From the NCBI GenBank assembly GCA_039028435.1, contig JBCCIC010000008.1, positions 110,865-174,864 of the forward strand: 64,000 nucleotides of DNA. The letters are read 5' to 3'. Every line of letters begins with the position of its first letter. Position 1 is the first letter of the stretch. Below the pieces are notes generated by a model. That model was not told the origin of the DNA. It was given only the letters and a program-made list of their open reading frames with translations, and searched no databases. Origin of the DNA: Actinomycetota bacterium. Lineage in GTDB: Bacteria > Actinomycetota > Acidimicrobiia > Acidimicrobiales > UBA10347. Both the position numbers and the translations under genes were made by a program. Below, one piece after another: positions 35,888 through 46,348 of the stretch.

Positions 35888-37273
35888 GTGACCGCGCACG
35901 CTTGGCATCTTCTCGAGCAAATGCACCGGGCGGTCACCGGCCGATCGGCCGCCCCAGCCGAACGGGTGACCTTCGTATCGGGTGACCGGCTCCCGTCCGC
36001 ATTTGCGGTGTCCGATCTCGCAACGGCGTCGATCGCCAACGCCGCACTCGCGGTAGGGCGCGTCACGCAGCGCGAGAGCACCTCGGCATCAGGGCAGGTC
36101 GAAGTCGACGAACGGGCCGCCGCGCTGTGGTTCTCGCGCACGATCGAGCCCGTGGGTTGGGAACTCCCGCCGGTCTGGGATTCGATCGCCGGTATCTATC
36201 CCTGCGGTGATCGTTTCGTGCGGCTCCACACCAACGCACCGCATCACAAGGCGGCGGCGCTGCGGGTACTGCATTGTGCCGAGGAGCGGAGTGCGGTTGC
36301 TGATGCCGTGGCCGGTTGGGACGCGTTCGAGCTCGAGGACGCCGTCGTCGAGGACGGCGGTGTGGCCTCGGCCTTGCGCTCGCGTGACGAGTGGGTTACC
36401 CATCCGCAGGGGGAAGCGCTCCAGAGCGAACCTTTGGTCCACCGAACGCGCCACCCCGACTCTGGAACATCGATCGGCGGAGGACCGACACCCGCTCCGC
36501 CGCTCGACGGGGTGCGGGTACTCGACCTCACCCGTGTCTTGGCCGGCCCGGTCGCCACGCGGCTCCTTGCCGGTCTGGGCGCGGACGTGTTGCGCATCGA
36601 CCCGCCGGTGTGGGACGAGGCCGGCGTCGCGGCGGAAGTGAACCTCGGCAAGCGATGTGCCCGGCTCGACCTCCGGTCGTCGGGGGATCGGGCGACCTTC
36701 GAGCAGCTGCTCGGAGAAGCCCACATCCTCGTGCACGGCTACCGCCGAGATGCTCTCGCCGGACTGGGCTTCGGCGACGACGCACGCCGCGCTCGCAATC
36801 CCGCTCTCGTCGACGTGTCACTCAACGCGTGGGGTCACGCGGGTCCCTGGCGCGATCGCCGCGGCTTCGACTCGATCGTGCAGATCGCGGCAGGGGTCGC
36901 CCACCACGGCATGGTGGCCTACGGGCTCGATCAGCCGCGACCGCTGCCGGTACAGGCGCTCGACCATGCCACCGGCTACACGCTCGCGGCCTGCGCGCTG
37001 CACGGATGGGCCGACCGACGTGACCGCGGTGAGGGTTCGACCTGGAAGACGTCGCTCGCCGCCCATGCCGAGTTGCTGTGGGACGTCGCCTCCGACGCCG
37101 ACCTTCAAGCCAAGTTCCCACCACTCGCCGCCGACGACCCCGCGACCGACGAGCAGACGTCGTGGGGCCCGGTGCGCCGCGCTACGCCGCCGTTGCGTGT
37201 GCCGGGCGTCGAACTGGTCTGGCCAAGCGGTGCGGCCGACCACGGAACGGCACCGGCGACCTGGCGCACCTAG
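35888..37273 (+). CDS. CoA-transferase family III (extended form)
   Basis: PLDGVRVLDLTRVLAGP, GKR, RRGFDS.VQ and QALDHATG motifs. Confidence 0.87.
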   Translation: MTAHAWHLLEQMHRAVTGRSAAPAERVTFVSGDRLPSAFAVSDLATASIANAALAVGRVTQRESTSASGQVEVDERAAALWFSRTIEPVGWELPPVWDSIAGIYPCGDRFVRLHTNAPHHKAAALRVLHCAEERSAVADAVAGWDAFELEDAVVEDGGVASALRSRDEWVTHPQGEALQSEPLVHRTRHPDSGTSIGGGPTPAPPLDGVRVLDLTRVLAGPVATRLLAGLGADVLRIDPPVWDEAGVAAEVNLGKRCARLDLRSSGDRATFEQLLGEAHILVHGYRRDALAGLGFGDDARRARNPALVDVSLNAWGHAGPWRDRRGFDSIVQIAAGVAHHGMVAYGLDQPRPLPVQALDHATGYTLAACALHGWADRRDRGEGSTWKTSLAAHAELLWDVASDADLQAKFPPLAADDPATDEQTSWGPVRRATPPLRVPGVELVWPSGAADHGTAPATWRT

Positions 37274-37283
37274 CAGGGCCCGC

Positions 37284-37829
37284 TCAGGCGGGCAGCGGGA
37301 ACTCGTCGAGGTACGGCTGGTAGTCGGGCTCGACGTCGATCTGGATCGTCTCCAACACGCGAACGATGGCGTTGTAGTAGGCGATGATCATCGTGAGTTC
37401 GGTCATCAGCTCGTCATCGAAGTGCTCGGACAGCGCGTTCCACGTTTGATCCGTCATGGCGACGCCGTTGGTCATCTCGCGAGCGGCGCGCAGCACGAGC
37501 TGGTCGAGTTCCGGATGCCCTGCCGCCGCCGTTCCGTCGTCGTCGATCGCCCTGATGTCGTCGTCGCTCACCCCGAACTCGCGGCCGAGCTTCACGTGGT
37601 GACTCCACTCGTAGGCGACGCGGGCGACCCACCCGACCTGCAGGATTGCCATCTCCCGCAGGCGCGGGTCGAACTTGCTGCGGAAGCGGATCCACCCACC
37701 CTGGCGACCGAAGGCGCGATAGCCCGACGGGCTGTTGACCATCGCCTTCGCCAGGTTGATGTCTCGGTCGAGGAGGTCGTGGTGTTTCTCCGGGAGATCG
37801 TCGATGGTCAGGTACGGGACTCGTGCCAT
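37284..37829 (-). CDS. Carboxymuconolactone decarboxylase family protein (no CxxC)
   Basis: DPRLREMAIL.V......YEW.HH pattern. ATG at 37829. Confidence 0.87.
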   Translation of the reverse strand: MARVPYLTIDDLPEKHHDLLDRDINLAKAMVNSPSGYRAFGRQGGWIRFRSKFDPRLREMAILQVGWVARVAYEWSHHVKLGREFGVSDDDIRAIDDDGTAAAGHPELDQLVLRAAREMTNGVAMTDQTWNALSEHFDDELMTELTMIIAYYNAIVRVLETIQIDVEPDYQPYLDEFPLPA

Positions 37830-37882
37830 GAGGGTTGCTCGTGCTCCTTGTTCGGTAGGTTCGTCGCTCGTCGTCGGCCGGT

Positions 37883-38749
37883 TCAGCGGTCGGGGCCCCT
37901 CAGGGTGGCTCCGCCGTCGACCACCAAGGACTGGCCGGTGATCCACTTGGCGCGAGCACTCGCAAGGAACACGACCGCGTTCGCGACGTCCCACGGCGTG
38001 CCCTCCTGGCCCAGAAGCGAGGCCCGGCGCCGCGCGTCGCGTTGTTCGGGTGTCATGCCGCGGGCGGCCATCCGTGCCGAGTACACGGGCCCGGGGGTCA
38101 CGCAGTTCACGCGGATGCCGTCGGCCGCATGGTCGACCGCCATCGCTTGGGTGAGGGCGATGACGGCGCCCTTGGAGGTGGAGTAGGCGGTCAAACCCCG
38201 CGGCCGCAGCGCACTGATCGACGAGACGTTGACGACCGAGCCGCCACCGCGTCGATCGTCGAGCGCCGGCGACTGGAGCATCGCGGGGATCGCCGCCCTC
38301 GACATGGCGACCACGCTGCGCACGTTGATCGCCATCACCTTGTCGAACCGATCGAGGTCCGCGTCGACCACCGAGGCGAGCTCGCTGCCGACGCCCACGT
38401 TGTTGTTGAGCGCGTCGAGTCGGCCGAAGCGTTCGAGCGTTGCGTCGACGACCTCGGAGCATGCATCGGCGTCGGTGACATCAGCAGCGAACCAGGCCCC
38501 GGTCCCTCCTGCCGACTCGACCATGTGCGCCGTGGTCTTGGCCGACTCGCCATCTCGATCGACGATCGCAACCGAGGCGCCGCGCCGAGCGAACAACAGC
38601 GCCGTGGCGCGGCCGTTCCCCATCGCGTCGTCCGGGGCGCCGCCACCGCCGACGATCACGACGCGACCCGTCAGGTCATCGTCGTCCTCCGGAGACATCG
38701 TCGTGTCCCAGACCGGATCCTTCGGTTCGGTCGCTGTCCCGTCGCTCAT
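37883..38749 (-). CDS. SDR oxidoreductase
   Basis: GNGRATA, NNVG, YSTSK. Confidence 0.9.
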   Translation of the reverse strand: MSDGTATEPKDPVWDTTMSPEDDDDLTGRVVIVGGGGAPDDAMGNGRATALLFARRGASVAIVDRDGESAKTTAHMVESAGGTGAWFAADVTDADACSEVVDATLERFGRLDALNNNVGVGSELASVVDADLDRFDKVMAINVRSVVAMSRAAIPAMLQSPALDDRRGGGSVVNVSSISALRPRGLTAYSTSKGAVIALTQAMAVDHAADGIRVNCVTPGPVYSARMAARGMTPEQRDARRRASLLGQEGTPWDVANAVVFLASARAKWITGQSLVVDGGATLRGPDR

Positions 38750-38834
38750 CGCGCCTCACTCCAACTTCCGCACGAACCTATGGGGCCGGTAGGTTCAGAT
38801 CCGAATACGTATTCGAGTAATCGAGGAGATTGTC

Positions 38835-39764
38835 GTGGGACACCTGGACGGACGAGTGGTCATCGTGACCGGCGCAGGGCGCGGCGTCGGCCGCGGTCAC
38901 GCCCTGACACTGGCCTCCGAAGGTGCCAGCGTGGTCGTCAACGACCTCGGCGGCGCGCAGGACGGCAGCGGCGGCGAGATCGGCCCGGCCCAGGAGGTCG
39001 TGAACGAGATCATTGCCGCCGGTGGCAAGGCCGTCGCCGACGGCGGTTCGGTCACCAACGGCGAGGACGTCAAGGCGATGATTCAGCGCGCGGTCGACGA
39101 GTTCGGCGACCTCCACGCGGTGGTGAACAATGCCGGCATCCTTCGCGACCGCATGCTCGTGTCGATGTCCGAAGCCGACTTCGACCAGGTCATCGACGTG
39201 CACCTCAAGGGCACCTGGCTGGTCATGCACCACGCTGCCAACTACTGGCGGGAGAAGTCCAAGGCCGGCGAAGACGTCGCAGCCTCGATCGTGAACACCA
39301 GCTCGACCTCGGGCCTGCATTCCAACGTCGGTCAGTCGAACTATGGGCCGGCGAAGTCGGCGATCGCCACCCTGTCGATCATCGGCGCCAAGGAGCTCGG
39401 TCGCTATGGCGTCCGGGTCAACTCGATCGCTCCCGCGGCGCGAACGCGTATGACGCTGAGCACACCCGGCCTCGGCGAACGCATCGGGGAGCCCGCCGAC
39501 GGTGGCTTCGACCAGTGGGATCCGATCAACATCTCGCCGTTGATCGGTTGGCTCTGTAAGGAAGACTGTCCCGCGACCGGCCAGACCTACTGGATCATGG
39601 GGAACAAGCTGGCTCGCTACCAGGAGTGGACCAAGATCGACACGGCCCAGACCGAGGGCATGTGGGACATCGGCGATCTGGGTGAGGTCGCTGGAGCGTG
39701 GGAGACCGACATCGTTCTCACACGCACCCAGACCATTACCGGCATCGAGGACACCGCGGGATGA
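38835..39764 (+). CDS. SDR oxidoreductase (hydroxyacyl-CoA dehydrogenase/MFE-2-like)
   Basis: TGAGRGVG, VVVNDLG, NNAGILRD and GQSNYGPAK motifs. Confidence 0.92.
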   Translation: MGHLDGRVVIVTGAGRGVGRGHALTLASEGASVVVNDLGGAQDGSGGEIGPAQEVVNEIIAAGGKAVADGGSVTNGEDVKAMIQRAVDEFGDLHAVVNNAGILRDRMLVSMSEADFDQVIDVHLKGTWLVMHHAANYWREKSKAGEDVAASIVNTSSTSGLHSNVGQSNYGPAKSAIATLSIIGAKELGRYGVRVNSIAPAARTRMTLSTPGLGERIGEPADGGFDQWDPINISPLIGWLCKEDCPATGQTYWIMGNKLARYQEWTKIDTAQTEGMWDIGDLGEVAGAWETDIVLTRTQTITGIEDTAG

Positions 39765-40966
39765 CCGAGACGCTCGAGGAATTCCGGACACGCGCTCGGG
39801 GCTTCCTGAGTGAACACGCCACCGGCATCACGGTCCGCGATCACGACGACCCGCGGCACGACCTGACGCACGCCGAGTGCACGGCTTTCCAACGAGCCCT
39901 CTTCGATGCCGGCCTCGCCGGGCTCACGTACCCCGTCGAGTACGGCGGGCAGGGTTTGACTCCGGATCATCAGAGGATTTGGCGCGAGGAAGCGGCGAAC
40001 TTCCCGCTCATGACCCGCACCTACAGCATCAGCCACGGCATGTGTCTGCCGATGCTCGACGAGTACGGCACGCCGGAGTTGCGCTCGAAGTATCAGGCCA
40101 GCGTCATCAGCGGTGATGAGCTCTGGTGCCAGATGTTCAGCGAGCCGGGCGCCGGCAGCGATGTCGCCAGCCTGCAGATGCGGGCCGTTCGCGACGGCGA
40201 CGAGTGGATCATCAATGGCCAGAAGGTGTGGACGACCCTCGCCCACATCGCCGACAAGGGAATCGTCATCGCCCGAACCGATCCCGATCAGCCCAAACAC
40301 CGAGGCATCTCGATGTTCATCATCGACATGCACGACCCGGCCGTCGAGGTCCGACAGATACACCAGATCGACGGCGGTGGCCGCTTCAACGAGGTGTACC
40401 TGACCGACCTTCGCGTGCCGGCCGACCATCAGATCGGCCCGCTCAACGAAGGCTGGCGCCTCGCCACCGCGATGCTGATGTACGAGCGCGTCGCCATCGG
40501 CACCGGCCAGACCGGGGGCATCGCAACGCCGTACTACGACACGCTTTCCGAGGAAGCGGTCAAGCGTGGAAGCAGCACCGACCCGATCGTGCGACAGGAG
40601 CTCATGCGGCTCTACTCCGCCGAGGTGTGCCAGAGCCTGATGTCGATGCGCACGCGGTCCGAACAGCAGGCCGGTAAGACCCCAGGTCCGGGCGGCTCGC
40701 TCGGCAAGCTGATCCGAGCGGAGATCACGTCGGTGTACCGCGACCTGTCACTCCAGATCGTGGGCCCCGGCTCGGTGGCCGGCGAAGACGGCGGACGCTG
40801 GTCCAAGGCGGCGCTCACGACCCTCGCGTCGCGGATCGCCGGCGGAACCAACGAGATTCAGCGCAACATCATCGGCGAGCGAGTGCTGGGGCTTCCGCGG
40901 GAGCCCTCGGTCGACAAAGACCTGCCGTTCAAGGACCTCAAGGTCGGTACTCAGCGCATTGACTGA
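39761..40966 (+). CDS. Acyl-CoA dehydrogenase
   Basis: WCQMFSEPGAGSD, NGQKVWT and GGTNEIQRN motifs. ATGA overlap. Confidence 0.93.
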   Translation: MTETLEEFRTRARGFLSEHATGITVRDHDDPRHDLTHAECTAFQRALFDAGLAGLTYPVEYGGQGLTPDHQRIWREEAANFPLMTRTYSISHGMCLPMLDEYGTPELRSKYQASVISGDELWCQMFSEPGAGSDVASLQMRAVRDGDEWIINGQKVWTTLAHIADKGIVIARTDPDQPKHRGISMFIIDMHDPAVEVRQIHQIDGGGRFNEVYLTDLRVPADHQIGPLNEGWRLATAMLMYERVAIGTGQTGGIATPYYDTLSEEAVKRGSSTDPIVRQELMRLYSAEVCQSLMSMRTRSEQQAGKTPGPGGSLGKLIRAEITSVYRDLSLQIVGPGSVAGEDGGRWSKAALTTLASRIAGGTNEIQRNIIGERVLGLPREPSVDKDLPFKDLKVGTQRID

Positions 40967-41009
40967 CGCCTGAGCCCGCCGGGCCAGCCCCGGCAAAGAC
41001 AGCGAACAT

Positions 41010-43976
41010 GTGTACGATCCCTGGGTGGACCATGGGCTTGGTGAAGAGGCGTGGCCGACGCAGCGCGCGCTGACCTTCGTCGCTTCGGATCCGCCACGAC
41101 GATCGGTCTTCGCCGCCTGGGATCCCGACGCACCGGGCGGCCTCATCGCTGATCGAGAGGCCGGCGCGACGACGTTTGCGCCGATCGATGTCGACGTCGT
41201 GTTGCCGCGTGCTCGCGGTGTCGGCCGTTCGACCGTCTCCGGCCTGGCCGTCCCGATGGCGACGGCGATCGAGCGACTGGCTTCGCTGCCGCACGCGGCG
41301 CCGGCATCACCATCGGCCCATGCCTGGGCGGGCGTGGTTCGCTGCGCGCTGTCGCTCATCGCCGACGGGCGGGTGCTGCCGTGGGTGAGTCCTGATGGCT
41401 GGGACACGTGGCGACTCGACCCCGTCGATGCCGCCGACCATGAGGTCCTGACCGCCCTGGCTGCGGCGCTTCCCGCGGAGGCGCATGCCACACCGGTGGA
41501 TGGCCGCGGCCGGATCAGCGACCCGCTGTTCGCCGTTCGCGCCGTGGGCGACGCGGTCGCGGATGCGTTCATCCGCACGCCTGCGGCGCACCGGGTGGGT
41601 TCACTGCGAGTGTTTGCTGACCCATCGGCGACCCGTGTGCCGCATTTGCGGCCGTGGGTCCAGGACTTGGCGGCCACCCACTGCTCGACCGCTCGGTTGG
41701 TCCTGCGTATGGTGCCGCCGGCGGACACCGACGATGAACCCGAGGGTGACGATGCCTTCTCCGAGACCGATCGCTCGCTTCCGGACGAGGGGACTGAGGG
41801 GACTGAGGGGACCGTAGGCACCGCGAGCGTCTGGACGATTCGATTCCAGCTGCAAAGTCGAGTTGATCCCTCCCTGGTGGTCGACGCCGCCGACTACTGG
41901 TCGTCTCCTGCGGCGGTGCTCGATCGATTCGGGGCACAGGCCGAGACGGTCTTGCTCGCCGGGCTGCGGACCGTCGCCGCACTGGTGGAACCACTCGCGG
42001 ACGTGCTCGACGAGCTCGCCCCGGCCTCGGCCCTCATCGCCGACGACCACATCGATCATCTGCTCGACGCCCTCGACCCGCTGACCGAGGCCGACATCGA
42101 CGTCCGCTGGCCGTCGGAACTCGTCGCGCCGCGCATCGACCGGCGGCTGGTGGTTTCGGCCGGTTCGCCGCCAACCGGCATGGCACCGCTACTGCAACTC
42201 GATGGACTCCTCGACGTCGATTGGGAGTTTCTGCTCGACGGCACGCGGCTCACCGCCGAGGAGCTCCGCGTGCTCTCGGGTGCCAAGCGGTCCGTGGTGT
42301 CGCTCCGGGGTCGGTGGGTCCGTCTCGACCCGGCCACCGTCGACAAGCTCAAGGCACCGCCACCCAAGCTCTCGCCGACGACCGCGCTCGCGTTGGCGTT
42401 GGGCGCCGACGTGGATCTCCCCGACACGGATGTCGAACCCGACGAAACGATCGAAGTCCGGGTCGCGGGATCCTTCGATGACCTCGTCGCCAAGGTGCAC
42501 GCCCTCGCCGGTGACCGGGAGCAAGCCGAACCCGACAAGCTTTGCGCCGAGCTGCGGGCCTACCAACGCCGCGGCCTGGCGTGGATGTCCGACCTCGTTG
42601 CACTCGGCTTTGGCGGATGCCTCGCCGACGACATGGGCCTCGGCAAGACCATCCAGGTGCTTTCGCTCCATGCCCACCTGCGCGGTTCGCTCCCTGCCGA
42701 CGCGGCCGACGACATCGGTCCGACTCTGGTGGTCTGCCCCACGTCGCTGATCAACAACTGGAAGCGCGAGGCGGCAACCTTCCTGCCCGACACGCCGGTC
42801 CGCGTGTTCCACGGGTCGTCGCGGCATCTCGACGAACTGGAGCCGGACTCGATCGTGCTGACGAGCTACGGCGTGGTCCGTTCCGACGCCGGTCGCCTCG
42901 ACGAGGTCGGCTGGTCGTTGGTGGTCGCTGACGAGGCCCAGCAGGCGAAGAATCCCCGCTCGAGAACCGCTCGAGCGTTACGCGAGATCCGATCCGGTGT
43001 GCGCCTGGCCCTCACGGGAACCCCGGTGGAGAACAAGCTCAGCGAACTCTGGTCGGTCTTCGACTGGGCCGTACCGGGTCTTCTCGGTCCGTTGGAGACG
43101 TTCCGACGCACCACGGCCCTGCCGATCGAACGGGACAACGACCGTGCGGCGACCGATCGGCTGCAGCGGTTGCTGCGGCCGTTCCTGCTGCGCCGCCACA
43201 AAACCGACCCGGGCATTGCCCCAGAGCTGCCCGACAAGATCGAACGCGATGTCGTGGTTCCCCTGTCATCGGAGCAGGTCACGCTCTACAAGGCGACCGT
43301 TGATGCGTCGTTGACCGAGGTCGCCGAGGCCGAAGGGATCGAGCGCCGAGGGCTGGTGCTCAAACTGCTTACCGGTCTCAAGCAGATCACCAACCACCCC
43401 GCCCAGTTCCTCGGCGAAGACGGCCCGCTTCCCGCACGGTCCGGCAAGCTCGATGCACTCGACGAGCTGGCGGCGACGATCGTCGGCGGAGCGGAGCAGG
43501 GCCTGCTGTTCACGCAGTACGTCGCGATGGGCAAGCTGCTCGTCGAGCAGTTGGGTCGCAACGGCCATCGGGTGGCGATGCTGCACGGTGCCCTCGGGTT
43601 GACGGCGCGCCAGGCGCTCGTCGACCGATTCCAGGACGGTGAGCTCGACTTCTTGGTCCTGTCGCTCAAGGCCGGCGGGACGGGGCTCAACCTCACCCGG
43701 GCGACGCACGTGATCCACTACGACCGCTGGTGGAACCCGGCGGTCGAGGACCAGGCGACCGATCGGGCTTATCGGATCGGTCAGGACCGCACCGTGACCG
43801 TGCACCGCTTGATCACCCAGGGAACGGTCGAAGACCGGGTCGCGGCGTTGCTCGATGCCAAGCGCGCGCTGGCCGCGTCGGTCACCGGTGGCGGCGAGAG
43901 CTGGATCGGCGAGCTCGACGACGACGAGCTGGCGGAACTCGTCGTGTTGACCGACGCGATCGCCGAGGCTGCCTGA
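41010..43976 (+). CDS. SNF2-family helicase/ATPase (start uncertain)
   Basis: LADDMGLGKT, DEAQ, LTGTPVEN, SLKAGGTGLNL and WWNPAVEDQATDRAYRIGQ motifs. Confidence 0.93.
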   Translation: MYDPWVDHGLGEEAWPTQRALTFVASDPPRRSVFAAWDPDAPGGLIADREAGATTFAPIDVDVVLPRARGVGRSTVSGLAVPMATAIERLASLPHAAPASPSAHAWAGVVRCALSLIADGRVLPWVSPDGWDTWRLDPVDAADHEVLTALAAALPAEAHATPVDGRGRISDPLFAVRAVGDAVADAFIRTPAAHRVGSLRVFADPSATRVPHLRPWVQDLAATHCSTARLVLRMVPPADTDDEPEGDDAFSETDRSLPDEGTEGTEGTVGTASVWTIRFQLQSRVDPSLVVDAADYWSSPAAVLDRFGAQAETVLLAGLRTVAALVEPLADVLDELAPASALIADDHIDHLLDALDPLTEADIDVRWPSELVAPRIDRRLVVSAGSPPTGMAPLLQLDGLLDVDWEFLLDGTRLTAEELRVLSGAKRSVVSLRGRWVRLDPATVDKLKAPPPKLSPTTALALALGADVDLPDTDVEPDETIEVRVAGSFDDLVAKVHALAGDREQAEPDKLCAELRAYQRRGLAWMSDLVALGFGGCLADDMGLGKTIQVLSLHAHLRGSLPADAADDIGPTLVVCPTSLINNWKREAATFLPDTPVRVFHGSSRHLDELEPDSIVLTSYGVVRSDAGRLDEVGWSLVVADEAQQAKNPRSRTARALREIRSGVRLALTGTPVENKLSELWSVFDWAVPGLLGPLETFRRTTALPIERDNDRAATDRLQRLLRPFLLRRHKTDPGIAPELPDKIERDVVVPLSSEQVTLYKATVDASLTEVAEAEGIERRGLVLKLLTGLKQITNHPAQFLGEDGPLPARSGKLDALDELAATIVGGAEQGLLFTQYVAMGKLLVEQLGRNGHRVAMLHGALGLTARQALVDRFQDGELDFLVLSLKAGGTGLNLTRATHVIHYDRWWNPAVEDQATDRAYRIGQDRTVTVHRLITQGTVEDRVAALLDAKRALAASVTGGGESWIGELDDDELAELVVLTDAIAEAA

Positions 43977-45103
43977 TGGCGCGGCGAACGTTCGGCGCGA
44001 CCTGGTGGGGTGCAGCGTGGCTCGATGCGCTCGAACAGCGAGCGCTCGAAGATCCGAACCGGCTGCCTCGCGGTCGTACCTATGCCCGTCAGGATCGAGT
44101 GACCGATGTCGAGCTGAGCCCAGGTCTCGTCCAGGCGCGTGTGTGGGGCACCGAGCGCTATCACACCCAGATGAGCGTGCGCGTGCTGAGCGAGCAGGAG
44201 TGGGAGCAGGTGCTCGACACGATCATGAGCAAGGCGGCCAACGCGGCGGCCCTCTTGGCGGGCGAGGTGCCGGCCGACCTCGGCCCGTTGGTGCTGCCCG
44301 GTCGCGGTGACCTCGGGCCGGACTGTTCCTGTCCCGACTGGGCCGAACCGTGCAAGCACGTCGCGGCACTCTGCTACGTGTTGGCCGACGTCTTCGACGA
44401 GGATCCGTTCGCGTTGTTGGCGCTGCGAGGCCGGGGCCGCAACGAGATCTTGACCGAGGTGCGGAAGCGTCGTTCGGCGGCACTTGGCGGCGTCGATGCG
44501 AACGTGTCCGACCTGCCACGCGGCGCGGACCCGGGTACCGCCGCGGCTGCAGCCTTCAAGCGGGATCGGGCGGAGTCGGTGGCGACTCGCGCGCTCCCGA
44601 GGCATCCGATCGATCGGTATCGGCTGGGCGTCGCCGCCCCGGCTGATGGTGGGATCGAGATCGACGAGCTCGATGCCCTGGTCGGCGATGCCGCCGCTCG
44701 CGCGTGGGCGATGTTGGCGGAGGGCGCCCCGAGCGGCCTCGACGCCTCGGCGGCGGATGATGTCGTGCGCCGAGCCGCTCGGTCGACGCGAAACGAGCGA
44801 GTGGGAATGGCCGATGCCACGGGCCTCGACCCCGTTGATCTCGAGGCGGCGGCCGCGGCCTGGCGCGGCGGCGGACGAGCGGGCTATCGAGCCAGCCGCG
44901 ACCGGTGGGAACCCAATCCCGGGGCCATGGCTCCTGGCGCTCAGGTGTTGGGTGGTGCCGCCAAGATCCGCGGCAACCGGGTGTCCGCAGGGCCTCGGCA
45001 GCTCCGCCTCGATCCCGACGGTCGCTGGTGGCGCTTCGACGCCGACGACGAACTGGGCTGGGTGTTGACCGGCGGTCCCGTGGCCGACCCCGCCGAGCTC
45101 TGA
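43976..45103 (+). CDS. SWIM zinc-finger protein
   Basis: CSCPDWAEPCKH, RL.RGRTYAR and DPF.LL.LRG motifs. TGATG coupling to SNF2. Confidence 0.9.
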   Translation: MARRTFGATWWGAAWLDALEQRALEDPNRLPRGRTYARQDRVTDVELSPGLVQARVWGTERYHTQMSVRVLSEQEWEQVLDTIMSKAANAAALLAGEVPADLGPLVLPGRGDLGPDCSCPDWAEPCKHVAALCYVLADVFDEDPFALLALRGRGRNEILTEVRKRRSAALGGVDANVSDLPRGADPGTAAAAAFKRDRAESVATRALPRHPIDRYRLGVAAPADGGIEIDELDALVGDAAARAWAMLAEGAPSGLDASAADDVVRRAARSTRNERVGMADATGLDPVDLEAAAAAWRGGGRAGYRASRDRWEPNPGAMAPGAQVLGGAAKIRGNRVSAGPRQLRLDPDGRWWRFDADDELGWVLTGGPVADPAEL

Positions 45104-45135
45104 GCCGACCGAGAGCCGACCGACAGGCGCCCGGA

Positions 45136-46293
45136 CTAGCCCGACGTTTTGGGTTCCTTCGCCAGGCCGAGCACGCGTTCGCCGATGATGTTGCGCTGGA
45201 CCTGGAGGGTGCCGCCGGCGAACCAGCTCCCCGGCGTGGTGTTGAGCGCCCGGGTCGAGCCGCTCGCGAGCATGCCCTCGGCACCTTCGGCGTTGACGAT
45301 GAGTTCGGCGACCTCGTAGCGGTAGTTCGACAGCGCGAGTTTGCCGAGCGACGATCGGGGACCGGCGCTCGCACTCTGGCTGGCCATCGCGACCAGGGCC
45401 GCGCCGTCGATCCAGCGTTGCATGAGTTGGTCTCGCATCACCGCGTGGGGCTCGGTGGCGACCACCCGACTCACCATCGTGTCGATGCGCCGCTCGATGG
45501 TGCGCACGGCGCCGGTGCCGGCACTGCGTTCGTGTGCGAGGACGTCCATGGCGACCTGCCAGCCCTGACCGCGCTCGCCGATGAGCGAGTCGGCCGGTAG
45601 TCGCACATCGGTCATGAAGACCTCGGCGAACTCGGCCGTGCCCGCCATGTTGTAGAGCGGCCGGGCGTCGATTCCCGGAGACTTCATGTCGACCACGAAG
45701 AACGAGATGCCGCGGTGCTTCGGTTCGTCGGGTTCGCTGCGCGCCATCAGGATCGCCCAGTCAGAGTGGGTGCCGGTCGAGGTCCAGACCTTCTGGCCAT
45801 TCACGACCCATTCGTCGCCGTCGAGCTCGGCGCGTGTCGTGAGGCCCGCCAGGTCGGACCCCGCGCCCGGCTCGGAGAACAGCTGGCACCAGATTCGCTC
45901 GGCGGTGAGCATCGGCGGTAGGTGCGTGCGCTTCTGCTCGTCGGTGCCGAACAAGCGGATCGCCCCGGCGGAGAGGGTGAGCCCGACGAGGTTGAAGGTC
46001 GACGGGATGTTCGCTTCTTGGCACAGGTCAGCGAAGACGCGGTGGTGCTCCGGCGTGAGGCCGCGCCCGCCGTGTTCGACGTCCCAGTGGATCCCGGCAT
46101 AGCCGGCTTCGTGCATGTGGCGCTGCCACGCCTTGCCCTCGTCGACCAACTCGATCGGGATGATTGCGCCGTAGTCGGACGGAGCGAGGTGCCTGTTCGC
46201 GTCGATCCAGGCGGACGCCTCGGCCCGAAACTCCTCGAGACCCGTGGGCAGATCCGTCTTGGCCATGGCGAGCTCCTCTGATGTTGCAGCCAT
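45136..46293 (-). CDS. Acyl-CoA dehydrogenase
   Basis: WCQLFSEPGAGSDLA, NGQKVWTS and GGT.QVQRN motifs. The start may be the second Met. Confidence 0.92.
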   Translation of the reverse strand: MAATSEELAMAKTDLPTGLEEFRAEASAWIDANRHLAPSDYGAIIPIELVDEGKAWQRHMHEAGYAGIHWDVEHGGRGLTPEHHRVFADLCQEANIPSTFNLVGLTLSAGAIRLFGTDEQKRTHLPPMLTAERIWCQLFSEPGAGSDLAGLTTRAELDGDEWVVNGQKVWTSTGTHSDWAILMARSEPDEPKHRGISFFVVDMKSPGIDARPLYNMAGTAEFAEVFMTDVRLPADSLIGERGQGWQVAMDVLAHERSAGTGAVRTIERRIDTMVSRVVATEPHAVMRDQLMQRWIDGAALVAMASQSASAGPRSSLGKLALSNYRYEVAELIVNAEGAEGMLASGSTRALNTTPGSWFAGGTLQVQRNIIGERVLGLAKEPKTSG

Positions 46294-46348
46294 CCTGCTA
46301 AACCGTAGTCATGTTCGGTTTTTCGTGCCCCACCAAGAGGCGATCCCC

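Noticed and set aside
37284-37829. Second CMD protein as another selenoprotein
   Set aside because: Uninterrupted ORF with a YEWxHH motif and no Cys or TGA at the redox site.
41787-41812. 9-bp tandem repeat GAGGGGACT x3 in SNF2
   Set aside because: In-frame (EGT x3) within an acidic linker, so it cannot phase-shift the gene.
41010-45103. SNF2 + SWIM pair as a novel defence system
   Set aside because: This is a widespread conserved bacterial gene pair, and there are no nuclease, methylase or other defence genes nearby.
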